Shown: positions 32,187-42,896, numbered from the whole stretch's first letter. The stretch is DNA of 61,440 bases, filler included, from 6 parts of 6 records of this genome joined end to end with filler, not necessarily neighbours in it; one strand, 5' to 3'. Notes: a model not told the origin generated them from the letters alone. Translations and numbers: made by a program.

Positions 32187-32750
32187 TTATTTGATGATAT
32201 CTACTAAAAAAGCACCTCTGAAGTCACCTTTTTCATATCCAATTGCTTTATCATTTGGATACTTTTTAGCGATAATACTATATGCATCTTTATTTCTTGA
32301 AGCATCAGTACCATGACAATTTAAACATTTTTTTCCAACATTTAAAGGTTTATACACTTGATAATGATTTTCAGATAGTTTTTTCACAACCATTCCTGGC
32401 TTCTCCCCAGGTTTTAAAGAGCTTTTGATCTCCTCTAATACTTTAAGCTGTTCAGCTGTTGCTTGATTTTTTTCATTTCTTGGTTTATCAGTGATTCTTT
32501 TTACACTTACCCCTTTAGGTAAACTTTTAGATGCTTCTTTTGCTACATTTCCAGCTTCAGTTGAACAAAATTCAGCAGCTTTTGTCAAACCACCCTCTTT
32601 TGCTTTTTGTCCTAAAGTGTGTTTTAACTTTCCACCAACTGTTTTGATCGCATCCCCTGCAATCTTCATCGCTTCTTGATCACTCATTGCATAGAGTGAT
32701 GAACTACAGGCTAACCCTACTACTAAACATAGTTTTACTAGTTTTGACAT
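32187..32750 (-). CDS. Periplasmic monoheme cytochrome c (DUF3365-type)
   Basis: Signal peptide, KPRN..N, CLNCH heme motif, YP.DKA.GY..GD.RGA; start placed at MSKLV after AGGGG. Confidence 0.8.
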   Translation of the reverse strand: MSKLVKLCLVVGLACSSSLYAMSDQEAMKIAGDAIKTVGGKLKHTLGQKAKEGGLTKAAEFCSTEAGNVAKEASKSLPKGVSVKRITDKPRNEKNQATAEQLKVLEEIKSSLKPGEKPGMVVKKLSENHYQVYKPLNVGKKCLNCHGTDASRNKDAYSIIAKKYPNDKAIGYEKGDFRGAFLVDIIK

Positions 32751-32915
32751 TTTATTTCCCCTTGTGAATATTGATTCATAAAATCGCAAGAATTTTATCT
32801 ATAGGAGTTTAATCAATTATTAACAAAGATAAATTATTACTTTATTTTTATAAATATTTAAGTTATAAAATAAAAAAGTATTCAATTGCAAGTAAAATAT
32901 GATAAAATTGCTCTT

Positions 32916-33788
32916 ATGAAAACAGCACTTATACAACAAAAATATTATGGATCGAAAGAAGATACCATAAAACAAACCGTAACAAAAATAAAAGAAGCTT
33001 CATCAAATGGAGCAAGCCTTGTGGTATTGCAAGAACTCCACCAAACTCACTACTTTTGTCAAAATGAAAATGTAGATGTATTTGATCTGGCAAATTCATG
33101 GGAAGAGGATATTAGATTTTGGTCCGTAATCGCAAAAGAAAACAACATAGTTTTAGTTACATCTCTTTTTGAGAAAAGAGCACCAGGACTTTATCACAAT
33201 ACAGCAGTAGTTTTTGAAAAAGATGGATCAGTTGCAGGGAAATATAGAAAGATGCATATCCCAGATGATCCAGGGTTTTATGAGAAGTTTTATTTTACCC
33301 CTGGTGATCTTGGATTTGAGCCGATTACTACTAGTGTAGGAAAACTTGGTGTTTTAATTTGCTGGGATCAATGGTACCCTGAAGCTGCACGTCTTATGGC
33401 ACTTAAAGGTGCTGAAGTACTTATCTACCCAACAGCAATAGGATGGTTTGAAGATGATCTAGAAGATGAGAAACAACGACAACTTGATAGCTGGATAGCG
33501 GTACAACGTGGTCATGCAGTTGCCAATGGACTTCCAGTACTTACAGTAAATCGTGTTGGCTTTGAAGAGGATGACACAAAAGTTTTAAAAGGAACAAAAT
33601 TTTGGGGGAACTCTTTTGTATTTGGACCACAAGGGGAGTTTTTAGCTCATGCAAATCATCAAAATGAAGAGATCATCTATACTGAACTTGATCTTGGACG
33701 CGCAGAAAATGTTCGAAGATGGTGGCCTTTTTTACGTGATCGTCGTATAGAAAATTATTCAGATATTACAAAAAGATATATAGATTAA
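32916..33788 (+). CDS. aguB: N-carbamoylputrescine amidase (carbon-nitrogen hydrolase)
   Basis: LQELH, YRKMHIPDDPGFYEKFYF, ICWDQWYPE (E-K-C triad). Confidence 0.88.
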   Translation: MKTALIQQKYYGSKEDTIKQTVTKIKEASSNGASLVVLQELHQTHYFCQNENVDVFDLANSWEEDIRFWSVIAKENNIVLVTSLFEKRAPGLYHNTAVVFEKDGSVAGKYRKMHIPDDPGFYEKFYFTPGDLGFEPITTSVGKLGVLICWDQWYPEAARLMALKGAEVLIYPTAIGWFEDDLEDEKQRQLDSWIAVQRGHAVANGLPVLTVNRVGFEEDDTKVLKGTKFWGNSFVFGPQGEFLAHANHQNEEIIYTELDLGRAENVRRWWPFLRDRRIENYSDITKRYID

Positions 33789-33862
33789 AATAAAGTTTGT
33801 TTTTGTTATTTTGAAGTTACTTTCATTATATACACTTCTCTTATCAATATGAGGAGATCACA

Positions 33863-34207
33863 ATGAAAACACTAACAAAAATAGGACTAATAAGTTTAGC
33901 CTGTGCTGTAACACTCTTTGCAGGAAGTGCCCCAAAAGCATATCCAGAGGGTGAACTTGGGAAACTAGTAAAAACTGGTGAAGATATCTTAAACAATACA
34001 GATACTCACCCACTTACAAAAGATCTTGTAGGGAACAAACTCCAATGTAAAAACTGTCACTTACAAGGTGCTGATGGAAAACCTGGAACTGCTGATGGGA
34101 TCTCAAGTTTTATAGGAACTGCTGCTGCGTTTCCTGCTTGGTCAAAAAGAGAAAAAACAGTTCAAACACTTCAAAACAGATCAAATAACTGTTTTATGAG
34201 AAGTATG
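33863..34207 (+). CDS. tsdA: Thiosulfate dehydrogenase TsdA-type c cytochrome (3' truncated)
   Basis: Signal peptide, VGN.L.CKNCH, then LQNRSNNCFMRSM containing the active-site Cys motif. Confidence 0.8.
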
Positions 34208-34307
34208 NNNNNNNNNNNNNNNNNNNNNNNNNNNNNNNNNNNNNNNNNNNNTTAATTAATTAANNNNNNNNNNNNNNNNNNNNNNNNNNNNNNNNNNNNN
34301 NNNNNNN
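34208..34307. other. Artificial contig spacer 3
   Basis: N-run with central TTAATTAATTAA. Confidence 0.97.
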
Positions 34308-34338
34308 AGCCCCATTTCCATATGGAAATGGGGCTTTT
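34308..34338. terminator. Hairpin terminator downstream of the MCP gene
   Basis: AGCCCCATTTCCA-TA-TGGAAATGGGGCT perfect inverted repeat. Confidence 0.7.
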
Positions 34339-34350
34339 CTTTGTCTGTGG

Positions 34351-36312
34351 TTAGAATTTTTCGAATCCGTTTTGATCATCCATTTCAAGCGCAATGCTTG
34401 AATATTGGTTTGTGTCTGTTTGAATAGCAGAGGGTGCCGTTTTTGTGATCGTTACTGAGGATTGGTGAGTTGATGTACTGGTGTTACCAGTGTTGAAAAA
34501 GGCCACAGTGTTTTTGAGATGGTCGACTTGTCCTGCCAATTCTGAAGATGTGGATGACATTTCTTCAGAAGCGGAGGCAATTTGTTGAATGACATTGTCG
34601 AGTTGATGGATGGCCGTATTTACGCCTTCAGCGCCAGATTGTTGCTCTTCACTAGCTGCAGCAATAGTCTGAACCAATTGAGCTGTATGTTTAATGTCCG
34701 GCACCATTTGATTGAGCATTTCACCAGCTTCTTCAGCAACCCGTACACTTGACGAAGATAATTCACTGATTTCGGCTGCGGCCAGTCCCGAACGTTCAGC
34801 CAGTTTTCGAACTTCGGCAGCGACAACCGCAAAGCCTTTACCGTGTTCACCAGCCCGTGCTGCCTCAATTGCTGCATTCAGTGCTAACAAGTTGGTTTGC
34901 CGTGCGATTTCTTCAACTACAGATATTTTGTCTGCTATTTCGTGCATTGCCTTAAGCGTTTGAGCAACAGACTGCCCACCGCGTTCGGCGTCAGAAGCGG
35001 AACGGAGAGCAATTTGTTCTGTTTCCTTGGCGTTCTCGGCGTTTTGGCAGATGTTTGCGACCATTTCTTCCATGGATGAAGCAACTTCTTCAACATTAGC
35101 TGCCTGTTGAGTTGCCCCTTGAGAGAGGGTTTCAGAAGTGGTGGAGAGTTCGTCCGCACCAGTTGTGACTCCTTCAACGGTTGTTCTGATTTCACCGACA
35201 ATTTGGCGCAGTTTTTTGCCCATCATGCCAAGGTTGTTGGCTAGATTGGAAACTTCATCCTTTCCGTTGGAACTGAGATCTGCCGTAAGATCTCCAGATG
35301 TGATTTTTCTGGCAAACTTACCGTTTCTTAGAATTGGGGTAGTCATCGACTGAGCCATTCTCCATCCAAACAGTGCGAATATAAGGGCGATAACAAGACC
35401 GATTATCAGGGTTTGGAATATGGCTGAATTCGATGCAGCCACAATTTCACTTTCTTCAATAAGGGCAATGAACTTCCAGCCTGTTTTAGGAGAAACAAAT
35501 ACGCTCGCGTACATTGAATTTCCTTCGATATCCAGGTCCTCGATGATGCCTTCTGATGTTTTGTCCATTGAAACATATGCTTCGGGCAAATCATTTATTT
35601 TTTGAAATAAATGATTTTTGTATCGAGGGTCGGCAAGAATTGTCCCGTCCCCTTGCACGATCATGACATATCCGGTTTTTCCAATTTTGATTTCCGAAGC
35701 AATTTTAGACACGGTCGAGAGTGAAAGGTCAACGGAGGCAACGCCAATCACCTGATTGTCGGCAGCTCTGATTTTCGTGACCATACTGATATTAGGTGCT
35801 CCTTCCGTGGTCTTGTATGCTTTTAAGAGAGTCGTTTCATCAGGGGACGAAATGCATTGCTTATACCATGGGCGTCTCCGTGGATCATATTTTTCAGGGA
35901 GCTGTTCGTTGGGAGCAACTGCATATCCACCATCTTTCAGTCCCGCTTGAACATATGCAAATTCGGGGTGACTTTTGAGAAGTTGGTTGAAAGTTTGGCA
36001 TGCCTGTTTTTCCTGTGGATTCATATCGGGCCTTTCGGCAAAAGGTTTTCCCGGTATTTCGTAGAATTTGGTCCAATCTCCAACACCATTTTTAACGGAT
36101 GGTAGGGACGCAACATATCTGGTGACGTTGGCTGGACTTTTGAGGAATTGATTTACCAATCCGTCTATGCGTTGAAGCTGACCTTTGGATGATTCTTCAA
36201 ACAGGTTTGTGACTGTGCCTGTGAACTGAAGGGAAACCGCAATGGAAACGATAGCCACTGACAGTATGACAGGGATGATAATAGATAGAATGAATTTTGA
36301 CCGAATTTTCAT
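34351..36312 (-). CDS. Methyl-accepting chemotaxis protein (dCache-HAMP-MA)
   Basis: Two TMs, YDPRRRPWY Cache motif, [28 protein letters not shown]-terminal pentapeptide GFEKF; AAGGAG RBS before MKIRSK. Confidence 0.95.
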   Translation of the reverse strand: MKIRSKFILSIIIPVILSVAIVSIAVSLQFTGTVTNLFEESSKGQLQRIDGLVNQFLKSPANVTRYVASLPSVKNGVGDWTKFYEIPGKPFAERPDMNPQEKQACQTFNQLLKSHPEFAYVQAGLKDGGYAVAPNEQLPEKYDPRRRPWYKQCISSPDETTLLKAYKTTEGAPNISMVTKIRAADNQVIGVASVDLSLSTVSKIASEIKIGKTGYVMIVQGDGTILADPRYKNHLFQKINDLPEAYVSMDKTSEGIIEDLDIEGNSMYASVFVSPKTGWKFIALIEESEIVAASNSAIFQTLIIGLVIALIFALFGWRMAQSMTTPILRNGKFARKITSGDLTADLSSNGKDEVSNLANNLGMMGKKLRQIVGEIRTTVEGVTTGADELSTTSETLSQGATQQAANVEEVASSMEEMVANICQNAENAKETEQIALRSASDAERGGQSVAQTLKAMHEIADKISVVEEIARQTNLLALNAAIEAARAGEHGKGFAVVAAEVRKLAERSGLAAAEISELSSSSVRVAEEAGEMLNQMVPDIKHTAQLVQTIAAASEEQQSGAEGVNTAIHQLDNVIQQIASASEEMSSTSSELAGQVDHLKNTVAFFNTGNTSTSTHQSSVTITKTAPSAIQTDTNQYSSIALEMDDQNGFEKF

Positions 36313-36476
36313 GACTCTCTCCTTTGCATGAATTTGGAGGGATTCAGCCATGCATCATTCTGTCAATCTATTATATTCTATGTGCTATTTTTGGAGTGAT
36401 AAGGGATGAATTTGTTTAAAGTTAACGGGTGAATAGAGCGAAATGGTGGTGCCGGAATGTGGTATCCAGTTAGCAC

Positions 36477-37238
36477 CTACTTCCACTGAGCCAAAAGCTT
36501 GTCAAATTGACTTTGGCCATTGACTCCTGTTGCCTTGAGGTCTTTAAGTTCTTTATTTAGTCGAGAGATGAGGCTGTCATCCGTATCTTTGCTGAAGGCG
36601 AAGTAGAGCGGTTGCTCATCGAAGGTATAGCAGATTGTGTAGTCGCTTTGTGCCATTCCCAGTCCATCCATCAAATATGGGGCGCCTTTTTCCGTAAAAG
36701 CAAAAAGGTCCACTTCTCCATTGCTTAATTTACGAAGAGCCTGAACATGAGCAGGGCTGCGGTGGAGCATGTTTGCTTTTATGCCACCAGCCAGCAAAGC
36801 CTTTTCCGGTCGGCTCCATCGTACGGTTGCGATGCGAAGTCCTTTGAGATCGGATTTTGTGTTTATCAAAAAATGGTCTGTCTTTCGACCTATGAGTACG
36901 ACTTTGCTTGTTGCGATGGGGCCGACCCATTTATAGAGCTGTTCCGTTTTGGGGGTGCGAACTGCATTGAGTATAATTTTTTGTGGTGTGCGTGCTGCAC
37001 ATTCATAGGCATAAGCCCATGGGGCCAGCTTTATTTCCTGATTGCTGATAGGGGTGCCGCATCGTTTCATGATGGTCATTAACGTGGTGACGGATATCCC
37101 TTCAACTTGCAATCCCTTACTGAAGCTATACGGGGGGTACGGGGCCGCCATCGCTAGAAAATGTTCAGCCTTGGCGATAGAACTGAATCCTATCAAGGAA
37201 GTGAAGAGGCATACGAGAACAAGCTGGATGTAATTCAT
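36477..37238 (-). CDS. Periplasmic substrate-binding protein, family 3
   Basis: Signal peptide, YPPYS, PW..A, YKWVGP, LYFAFSK. Confidence 0.82.
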   Translation of the reverse strand: MNYIQLVLVCLFTSLIGFSSIAKAEHFLAMAAPYPPYSFSKGLQVEGISVTTLMTIMKRCGTPISNQEIKLAPWAYAYECAARTPQKIILNAVRTPKTEQLYKWVGPIATSKVVLIGRKTDHFLINTKSDLKGLRIATVRWSRPEKALLAGGIKANMLHRSPAHVQALRKLSNGEVDLFAFTEKGAPYLMDGLGMAQSDYTICYTFDEQPLYFAFSKDTDDSLISRLNKELKDLKATGVNGQSQFDKLLAQWK

Positions 37239-37607
37239 GGCTCTCAATAAGTATAAATATGAATAAAATCAAATTATTGAAAGCAAATATCGTGCCGGAA
37301 TATTTTGACAGTTGTTGCAATGCGTGTCCTTTTTTTTGTCGAATAATAGATATGTACTCATATGGAAAAGGGAACAATTGTTGTTCATTTAGAGGATAAA
37401 TATAAGCTGTAAGAGCGGTTTGGTTTTTGTGATGATAGTCATAGTATACATAAAACATTTTTCTTTTTGGCTTTGAGGGAGGGGCTGGTTGTCGTTTCTC
37501 TTTTTGATGACGTTTAGACCATTGTCTTTCTTTTCCTCTTATTCTCCATACGGCCTTGCAAGGTCTGGGTTTTCCGAGTATCTGACTCTCCTGAAAGGAG
37601 AAATATT

Positions 37608-38783
37608 ATGTCAGAGAAATTCGCTCGGAGGATGGAGACGGTTCACCGTTCATTCATTCGAGAAATCTTGAAAGTTACTGCTGATCCCGAAATTATTTCA
37701 TTTGCTGGTGGATTACCCAATCCTGAATTGTTTCCAGTGGACGCCATGGATAAAGCTTCACAGGAAGTTTTTGCCAATATAGGTGCTTCTGCCCTGCAGT
37801 ATTCTACTACTGAGGGTGATGCCGGTTTGCGGGCTATTATTGCACAACGATATGCCAATCGTGGTTTAACGGTGGACCCGGATTCTATTCTCGTGACCAC
37901 AGGGTCGCAGCAGATTCTAGATATTTGCGCCAAGGTTTTTCTGGATAAAGGTGATAAGGTTGTGATTGAGCGACCTGGTTACCTTGGGGCCATTCAGGCT
38001 TTTTCCATTTTTGAGCCAGAATTTGTGACCGTTTCTCTTGAAGACGATGGCCCAAATCTTGAAGAGTTGGAAGCGACCTTCAAGGATGGTGCAAAGTGTT
38101 TTTATGCTGTACCGAACTTCCAAAATCCATCAGGCGTGAGTTACAGCTTGGAAAAGCGTAAGGCTGTCGCTGAGTTGACTGATAAGTATGATGTTCTTTT
38201 TGTCGAAGATGATCCGTATGGTGAATTACGTTTCTTGGGTGAGGATATGCCAAGTGTGTACTCCTTCAGCAAGAAACCGGGTATATTGTGTGGGTCCTTT
38301 TCCAAGATAGCCGCACCAGGTTTCCGCATTGGTTGGGTGGTCGCAGAGAAGGCTGTTTACGACAAATTGGTCATCGCCAAACAAGCATCTGATCTGCACA
38401 CATCCACCGTGGCGCAGGCCATCATGCGTCGGTATTTGGAAACCAACGACATCGAAGCTCATGTGGAACTCATCAAGGAACGGTATGGGCGTCAACGTGC
38501 GTGCATGGTCGAGATGATTGAAAAGTATTTTCCGAGTGATGTTTCCATTACTCGTCCTGAGGGTGGTATGTTCTTGTGGGCAACCATGCCTGAAGGTTTT
38601 TCAAGCATGGATCTTTTTGATGCGGCCATTAAAGATAAGGTTGCGTTTGTTCCAGGAAGGCCCTTTTATGTAGACGGGTCTGGTGAGAACACCCTGCGTC
38701 TCAACTTCTCCAACGCCGACGAAGCGCGGATTGAAGAAGGTATCAAACGGTTGGGTCTGAGCATTGACTCATTCTTGAAGTAA
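37608..38783 (+). CDS. PLP-dependent aminotransferase class I/II (LysN-like)
   Basis: ISFAGGLPNP, PNFQNPSG, EDDPYGEL, GSFSK..PGFRIGW. Confidence 0.92.
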   Translation: MSEKFARRMETVHRSFIREILKVTADPEIISFAGGLPNPELFPVDAMDKASQEVFANIGASALQYSTTEGDAGLRAIIAQRYANRGLTVDPDSILVTTGSQQILDICAKVFLDKGDKVVIERPGYLGAIQAFSIFEPEFVTVSLEDDGPNLEELEATFKDGAKCFYAVPNFQNPSGVSYSLEKRKAVAELTDKYDVLFVEDDPYGELRFLGEDMPSVYSFSKKPGILCGSFSKIAAPGFRIGWVVAEKAVYDKLVIAKQASDLHTSTVAQAIMRRYLETNDIEAHVELIKERYGRQRACMVEMIEKYFPSDVSITRPEGGMFLWATMPEGFSSMDLFDAAIKDKVAFVPGRPFYVDGSGENTLRLNFSNADEARIEEGIKRLGLSIDSFLK

Positions 38784-38834
38784 CGTCTTTGGTCGTGAGG
38801 GACGATCAAAGCGCAATCTTATAGGTAAAGCACC

Positions 38835-40544
38835 ATGTCTCAGCATATTGTTGTTATTGGCGGCGTGGCCCTTGGGCCCAAGGCCGCCTGCCGTTTCAAG
38901 CGGCTTGAACCGGAATCCACGGTGACCATGATCGATCAGAGTTCGCTCATCTCCTACGGGGGATGTGGTATTCCGTATTATGTCTCCGGCGATGTGTCCG
39001 ATGCGATAGAGTTGTCTCAGACCAGCTTTCATATGGTACGTGATCCCAAGTTCTTCAAGGAAGTAAAAGGGATTGACGTTCAGATTTTGACCAAGGCTAC
39101 GCGTATTGATCGCGATAAGAAATGCGTTGAAGTCGAGAATATGACGACCGGTGAGAAGGCGTGCATCAACTATGATAAGCTGGTCATTGCTACTGGCGCC
39201 TCTCCTCGCACATTGAATTTGCCCGGTGATGATCTTAAAGGCGTTAATTACGTTTGTAATCCGCATGATGCTACGTGTATTCGAGAGTCGATTTCCAAGG
39301 GTGAAGTCAGTAACGCCGTTATTATTGGTGCCGGATTTATCGGTCTGGAAATGGCTGAGGCTTTTGCTGATATGTGGGGCGTGGAAACGTCTGTTGTGGA
39401 GATCACTGATCAAATTATGCCGCGTCTCGTCAGCCCCGCCTTGGCGACCATGGGCCAGAAGCATATGGAAGAGGGCGGTGTGAATTTCTACTTCGGTGAG
39501 ACCGTCACGGCTATCGAAGGTGAAAATGGCAAGGTCACTCGTGTTGTAACTAACAAACGGACCCTTGATGCCGAGGCCGTGATTATCGCTGCGGGCGTTG
39601 TCCCGAATTCCGATATCGCCAAAGAAGCTGGTCTGAACGTGCACGAGCGCGGTGGTGTTTTTGTTGATGAATTCATGCGCACCAATGACCCGGATATTTA
39701 CGCTGGTGGTGACTGCTGCCTTGTTAAAAATCTTCTCACAGATCAGCCTGCGTTTTTGCCGCTTGGGTCCATGGCGAATCGCCAGGGCCGCATTATCGGT
39801 TCCAACTTGGCTGGAAGTGAGAGTAAGTTTGACGGTGTGATTGGTTCTTTTGTGGTCAAGTTGTTTGAGACATCCATGGCCGGAACCGGCATGAGTCTCG
39901 AAACCGCCAAGGCTGCTGGATTCGATGCTATCAGTGTCCTGCTTATTCAGCTTGACCGTGCGCATTTTTATCCAACCAAAGAGCTTATGACTCTTGAGTT
40001 GGTTGTCGAAAAATCGACGCGCCGTGTACTCGGCGTGCAGGGCTTTGGTAGTTCCGGTGATGCCATGGTTGGACGTATCAATACTGTGGCTGCTATTCTT
40101 AAATCCAAGCCGACTATTGATGATATCTCCAATCTTGAAGTTGCTTACTCCCCGCCGTTCGCGGCTGCCATGGATATTCTCAATACTTTGGCAAACCTTG
40201 CGGACAATGCGTTGCGCGGCATTAACCGTGGCGTTGGCCCTGATGGTTTCAAGGAGTTGTGGGATAACCGTGAATCAAGTGAGTGTTTTTTCCTTGATTG
40301 TCGCGAAAATCCTGATGCTCAACCGGTTATAGATCGTCATCCCGGCCAGTGGCATAACGTGCCCCAAGGTGAAATCTACAATCGTTTGGATGAGATCCCT
40401 ACGGACAAGCCTATTGTGCTTATTTGTAATACCGGAGCACGGTCTTATGAAGCGCAAATTATGCTCGACGCCAAAGGCTATAAGGATGTCACCAACATCC
40501 ATGGTGGTATGGCTTCTATCAAAAAGTATGGAGTAGACGTGTAG
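38835..40544 (+). CDS. CoA-disulfide/persulfide reductase-type flavoprotein with C-terminal rhodanese domain
   Basis: GGVALG, SYGGCGIPYY redox Cys, GAGFIGLE, YSPPF, rhodanese CNTGARS. Confidence 0.88.
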   Translation: MSQHIVVIGGVALGPKAACRFKRLEPESTVTMIDQSSLISYGGCGIPYYVSGDVSDAIELSQTSFHMVRDPKFFKEVKGIDVQILTKATRIDRDKKCVEVENMTTGEKACINYDKLVIATGASPRTLNLPGDDLKGVNYVCNPHDATCIRESISKGEVSNAVIIGAGFIGLEMAEAFADMWGVETSVVEITDQIMPRLVSPALATMGQKHMEEGGVNFYFGETVTAIEGENGKVTRVVTNKRTLDAEAVIIAAGVVPNSDIAKEAGLNVHERGGVFVDEFMRTNDPDIYAGGDCCLVKNLLTDQPAFLPLGSMANRQGRIIGSNLAGSESKFDGVIGSFVVKLFETSMAGTGMSLETAKAAGFDAISVLLIQLDRAHFYPTKELMTLELVVEKSTRRVLGVQGFGSSGDAMVGRINTVAAILKSKPTIDDISNLEVAYSPPFAAAMDILNTLANLADNALRGINRGVGPDGFKELWDNRESSECFFLDCRENPDAQPVIDRHPGQWHNVPQGEIYNRLDEIPTDKPIVLICNTGARSYEAQIMLDAKGYKDVTNIHGGMASIKKYGVDV

Positions 40545-40632
40545 CTGACGGGGAGTGATTGCCTATCGGCGTCATCTTTTGCGAGATGTATTACGTCATT
40601 ATTAGTCGAATTTGTTTTAACTTTGAAAAAAT

Positions 40633-40672
40633 ACGACGTGCCATGTTTGATACATGGTGCGTCGTTTTTTTG
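40633..40672 (+). terminator. Rho-independent terminator
   Basis: ACGACGTGCCATGT...ACATGGTGCGTCGT followed by a T-run. Confidence 0.75.
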
Positions 40673-40830
40673 GGTTCAATTCGTGGATACTTTTTAGGAG
40701 AAGAAAGTACTATAGGTTTCTTTATCTATTTTTGACGCAAACGAATGAATAATGCGTAAAAGCCAAGATTGACTCTAACAACTGATCTGCGCAAATACGC
40801 ATACAAAATGTTTTGGAAAAGAGAGGGATG

Positions 40831-40904
40831 GGGGTCTGGTGAAAGGGAGAGAAAGAACCTTTTACAAAAAGGTTATTCTCTCCCTTCCACCAGCCGCCGG
40901 AGGC
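40831..40904. repeat. Extragenic palindromic element with GCCGCCGGAGGC tail
   Basis: CTGGTG-AAGGGAGAGAA-AACCTTT/AAAGGTT-TTCTCTCCCTT-CACCAG long imperfect hairpin followed by CCGCCGGAGGC. Confidence 0.6.
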
Positions 40905-40911
40905 ATGCCGC

Positions 40912-41919
40912 CTAGAGGCGACCTTCTTCGACAGCATGGCAGGCGACACTTACGTCGTTTGCCAGAATTTCTTGTTTGGGTATTTCCCGCATACACCGTT
41001 CATTGGCGTGCGGACACCGGCCGTTGAATACACACCCTGTGGGCAGGTTGATAGGAGTGGGTACATCGCCGGACAACTTTACGTGCCCACCTGCGGTGCC
41101 ACCGATTTTTGGAATGGCGGAGAGCAGAGCCTGTGTATAAGGGTGTCTCGGGTTGGAGAACAGTTCCTTGGCCGGAGCCAGTTCACAGACACAGCCGAGA
41201 TACATAACAGCCACGCGGCTGGAGATGTGCTCGACCACGCTTAAATCATGGCTGATGAACAAGTATGTCAGACCACGTTGATCTTGAGCATCCATGAGCA
41301 GGTTCAGAATCTGTGCCTGAATGGATACGTCAAGAGCGGCGATGGGTTCGTCTGCAGCGATGAATTCCGGGTCAACAACCAAAGCACGGGCAATGGATAT
41401 GCGCTGGCGCTGGCCGCCAGAGAACTCATGCGGATAGTTTGTAGCCCAGACCGGATCAACGCCGACTTGCAGCATGACTTCTGCAACTTTGTCTTTAATC
41501 TCGGCGCGGGACATGTCCGGATTATGAAACCTGACTGGCTCTTCCAGAATCTGACGGACGGTCATGCGAGGGTTCAAAGATGCATATGGGTCCTGAAAGA
41601 CCATCTGCATTTTAGTGCGATAGGGGCGCATTTGGTGTGAACTGAGATTATCGATTCGTGCGCCTTTGTAGTGGATTTCTCCCTTGTTGGGACGGTAGAG
41701 TCCCATGACTGTTCGGGCCAGTGTGGACTTGCCACAGCCGGACTCGCCGACAACACTCAGAGTTTCACCGGGCTGAACATCAAGTGTGACGTTGTTCACG
41801 GCTTTGACCAAAGTCTGCTTGCGGTTAAATTTACCGCCAGAGAATTTAATCTGATCGATGATGGAGCCGGAGATGTCAAAATGCTTGTCAATATCGCGGA
41901 CTTCAAGGATTGCACTCAT
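40912..41919 (-). CDS. Dipeptide/oligopeptide ABC transporter ATPase (DppF/OppF-like)
   Basis: GESGCGKST, FSGGQRQRI, C-terminal Cys-rich oligo_HPY region. Confidence 0.93.
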   Translation of the reverse strand: MSAILEVRDIDKHFDISGSIIDQIKFSGGKFNRKQTLVKAVNNVTLDVQPGETLSVVGESGCGKSTLARTVMGLYRPNKGEIHYKGARIDNLSSHQMRPYRTKMQMVFQDPYASLNPRMTVRQILEEPVRFHNPDMSRAEIKDKVAEVMLQVGVDPVWATNYPHEFSGGQRQRISIARALVVDPEFIAADEPIAALDVSIQAQILNLLMDAQDQRGLTYLFISHDLSVVEHISSRVAVMYLGCVCELAPAKELFSNPRHPYTQALLSAIPKIGGTAGGHVKLSGDVPTPINLPTGCVFNGRCPHANERCMREIPKQEILANDVSVACHAVEEGRL

Positions 41920-41921
41920 GG

Positions 41922-42893
41922 TTACTTTCCTCCTTCGCGAGCGAAACAAGCCACTTGTGTTCCGTTTTCAAGCGTAGTGAGCTTTGGAATTTTAGTCTTA
42001 CATTTTTCCATGCTTTCGGTACAGCGTGGTTCGAAAGGACAGCCGACTGGCATGTCACGGAGTGACGGCATCATTCCAGGGATTTGGTTGAGTCGCTGTT
42101 CTCCTCCTGCCATTTGCGGAAGAGCCTGAAGCAAACCCTGTGTATAAGGATGCTGTGGATTGCTGATAATTTGATCAGTGTCACCAAGTTCAGCGACCTT
42201 GCCTGCATAGAGTACTGCAATGCGTTGAGTGACCTCTGAAACAACGGCCAAGTCGTGAGTGATCAAGATCAGGCCCATGTTTTCTGTTTTGCAGAGTTCC
42301 AACAGCAGATCCATGATTTCAGCCTGGATGGTAACATCCAACGCCGTAGTTGGCTCATCGGCGATGATCAATTGTGGACTGGTCAACAAGGATATTGCGA
42401 TGACAATACGTTGACGCATTCCGCCGGAGAATTCATGTGGATATTGTTTTAACCGTTTTTCCGGAGACGGGATGTAGACTTTCTGCAATTTGTCGAGACA
42501 GATTGCTTCTGCTTCCTTTTCCGAAACGTCCATATGCGCCAGAATTGTTTCCTTCATTTGGGTGCCGATTGTAAGCACCGGATTGAGGGTCATCATTGGG
42601 TCCTGAAAAATCATGGAGATATGATTTCCCCTGATTTCACGCATTTGGTCGTATTTGAATTTGGCGATATCCTGTCCGTTGAAGATGATTTCACCGCCGG
42701 ATATCTTACCGGGTTTGGATATAAGATTGATGAGCGAAAAGCCGAGCACCGATTTACCTGCTCCGGATTCACCCACAATGCCGAGGCGTTCGCCCCTATT
42801 GATAGCCAAGCTGACATCGCGCACAGCCCGGACAGTGCCGGAGCGCAGTTCGAAGTCAACACGAAGGTTCTTGATATCTATGAGAGGTTCCAC
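41922..42893 (-). CDS. Dipeptide/oligopeptide ABC transporter ATPase (DppD/OppD-like)
   Basis: GESGAGKS, FSGGMRQR, DEPTTALDV, HPYT. Confidence 0.93.
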   Translation of the reverse strand: MEPLIDIKNLRVDFELRSGTVRAVRDVSLAINRGERLGIVGESGAGKSVLGFSLINLISKPGKISGGEIIFNGQDIAKFKYDQMREIRGNHISMIFQDPMMTLNPVLTIGTQMKETILAHMDVSEKEAEAICLDKLQKVYIPSPEKRLKQYPHEFSGGMRQRIVIAISLLTSPQLIIADEPTTALDVTIQAEIMDLLLELCKTENMGLILITHDLAVVSEVTQRIAVLYAGKVAELGDTDQIISNPQHPYTQGLLQALPQMAGGEQRLNQIPGMMPSLRDMPVGCPFEPRCTESMEKCKTKIPKLTTLENGTQVACFAREGGK

Positions 42894-42896
42894 ACC

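Noticed and set aside
38769-39965. 398-aa minus-strand ORF opposite the flavoprotein
   Set aside because: Antisense shadow with no recognisable motifs
40722-41027. Short ORFs across the palindromic element
   Set aside because: They overlap the repeat and the DppF-like gene end and show no coding signal
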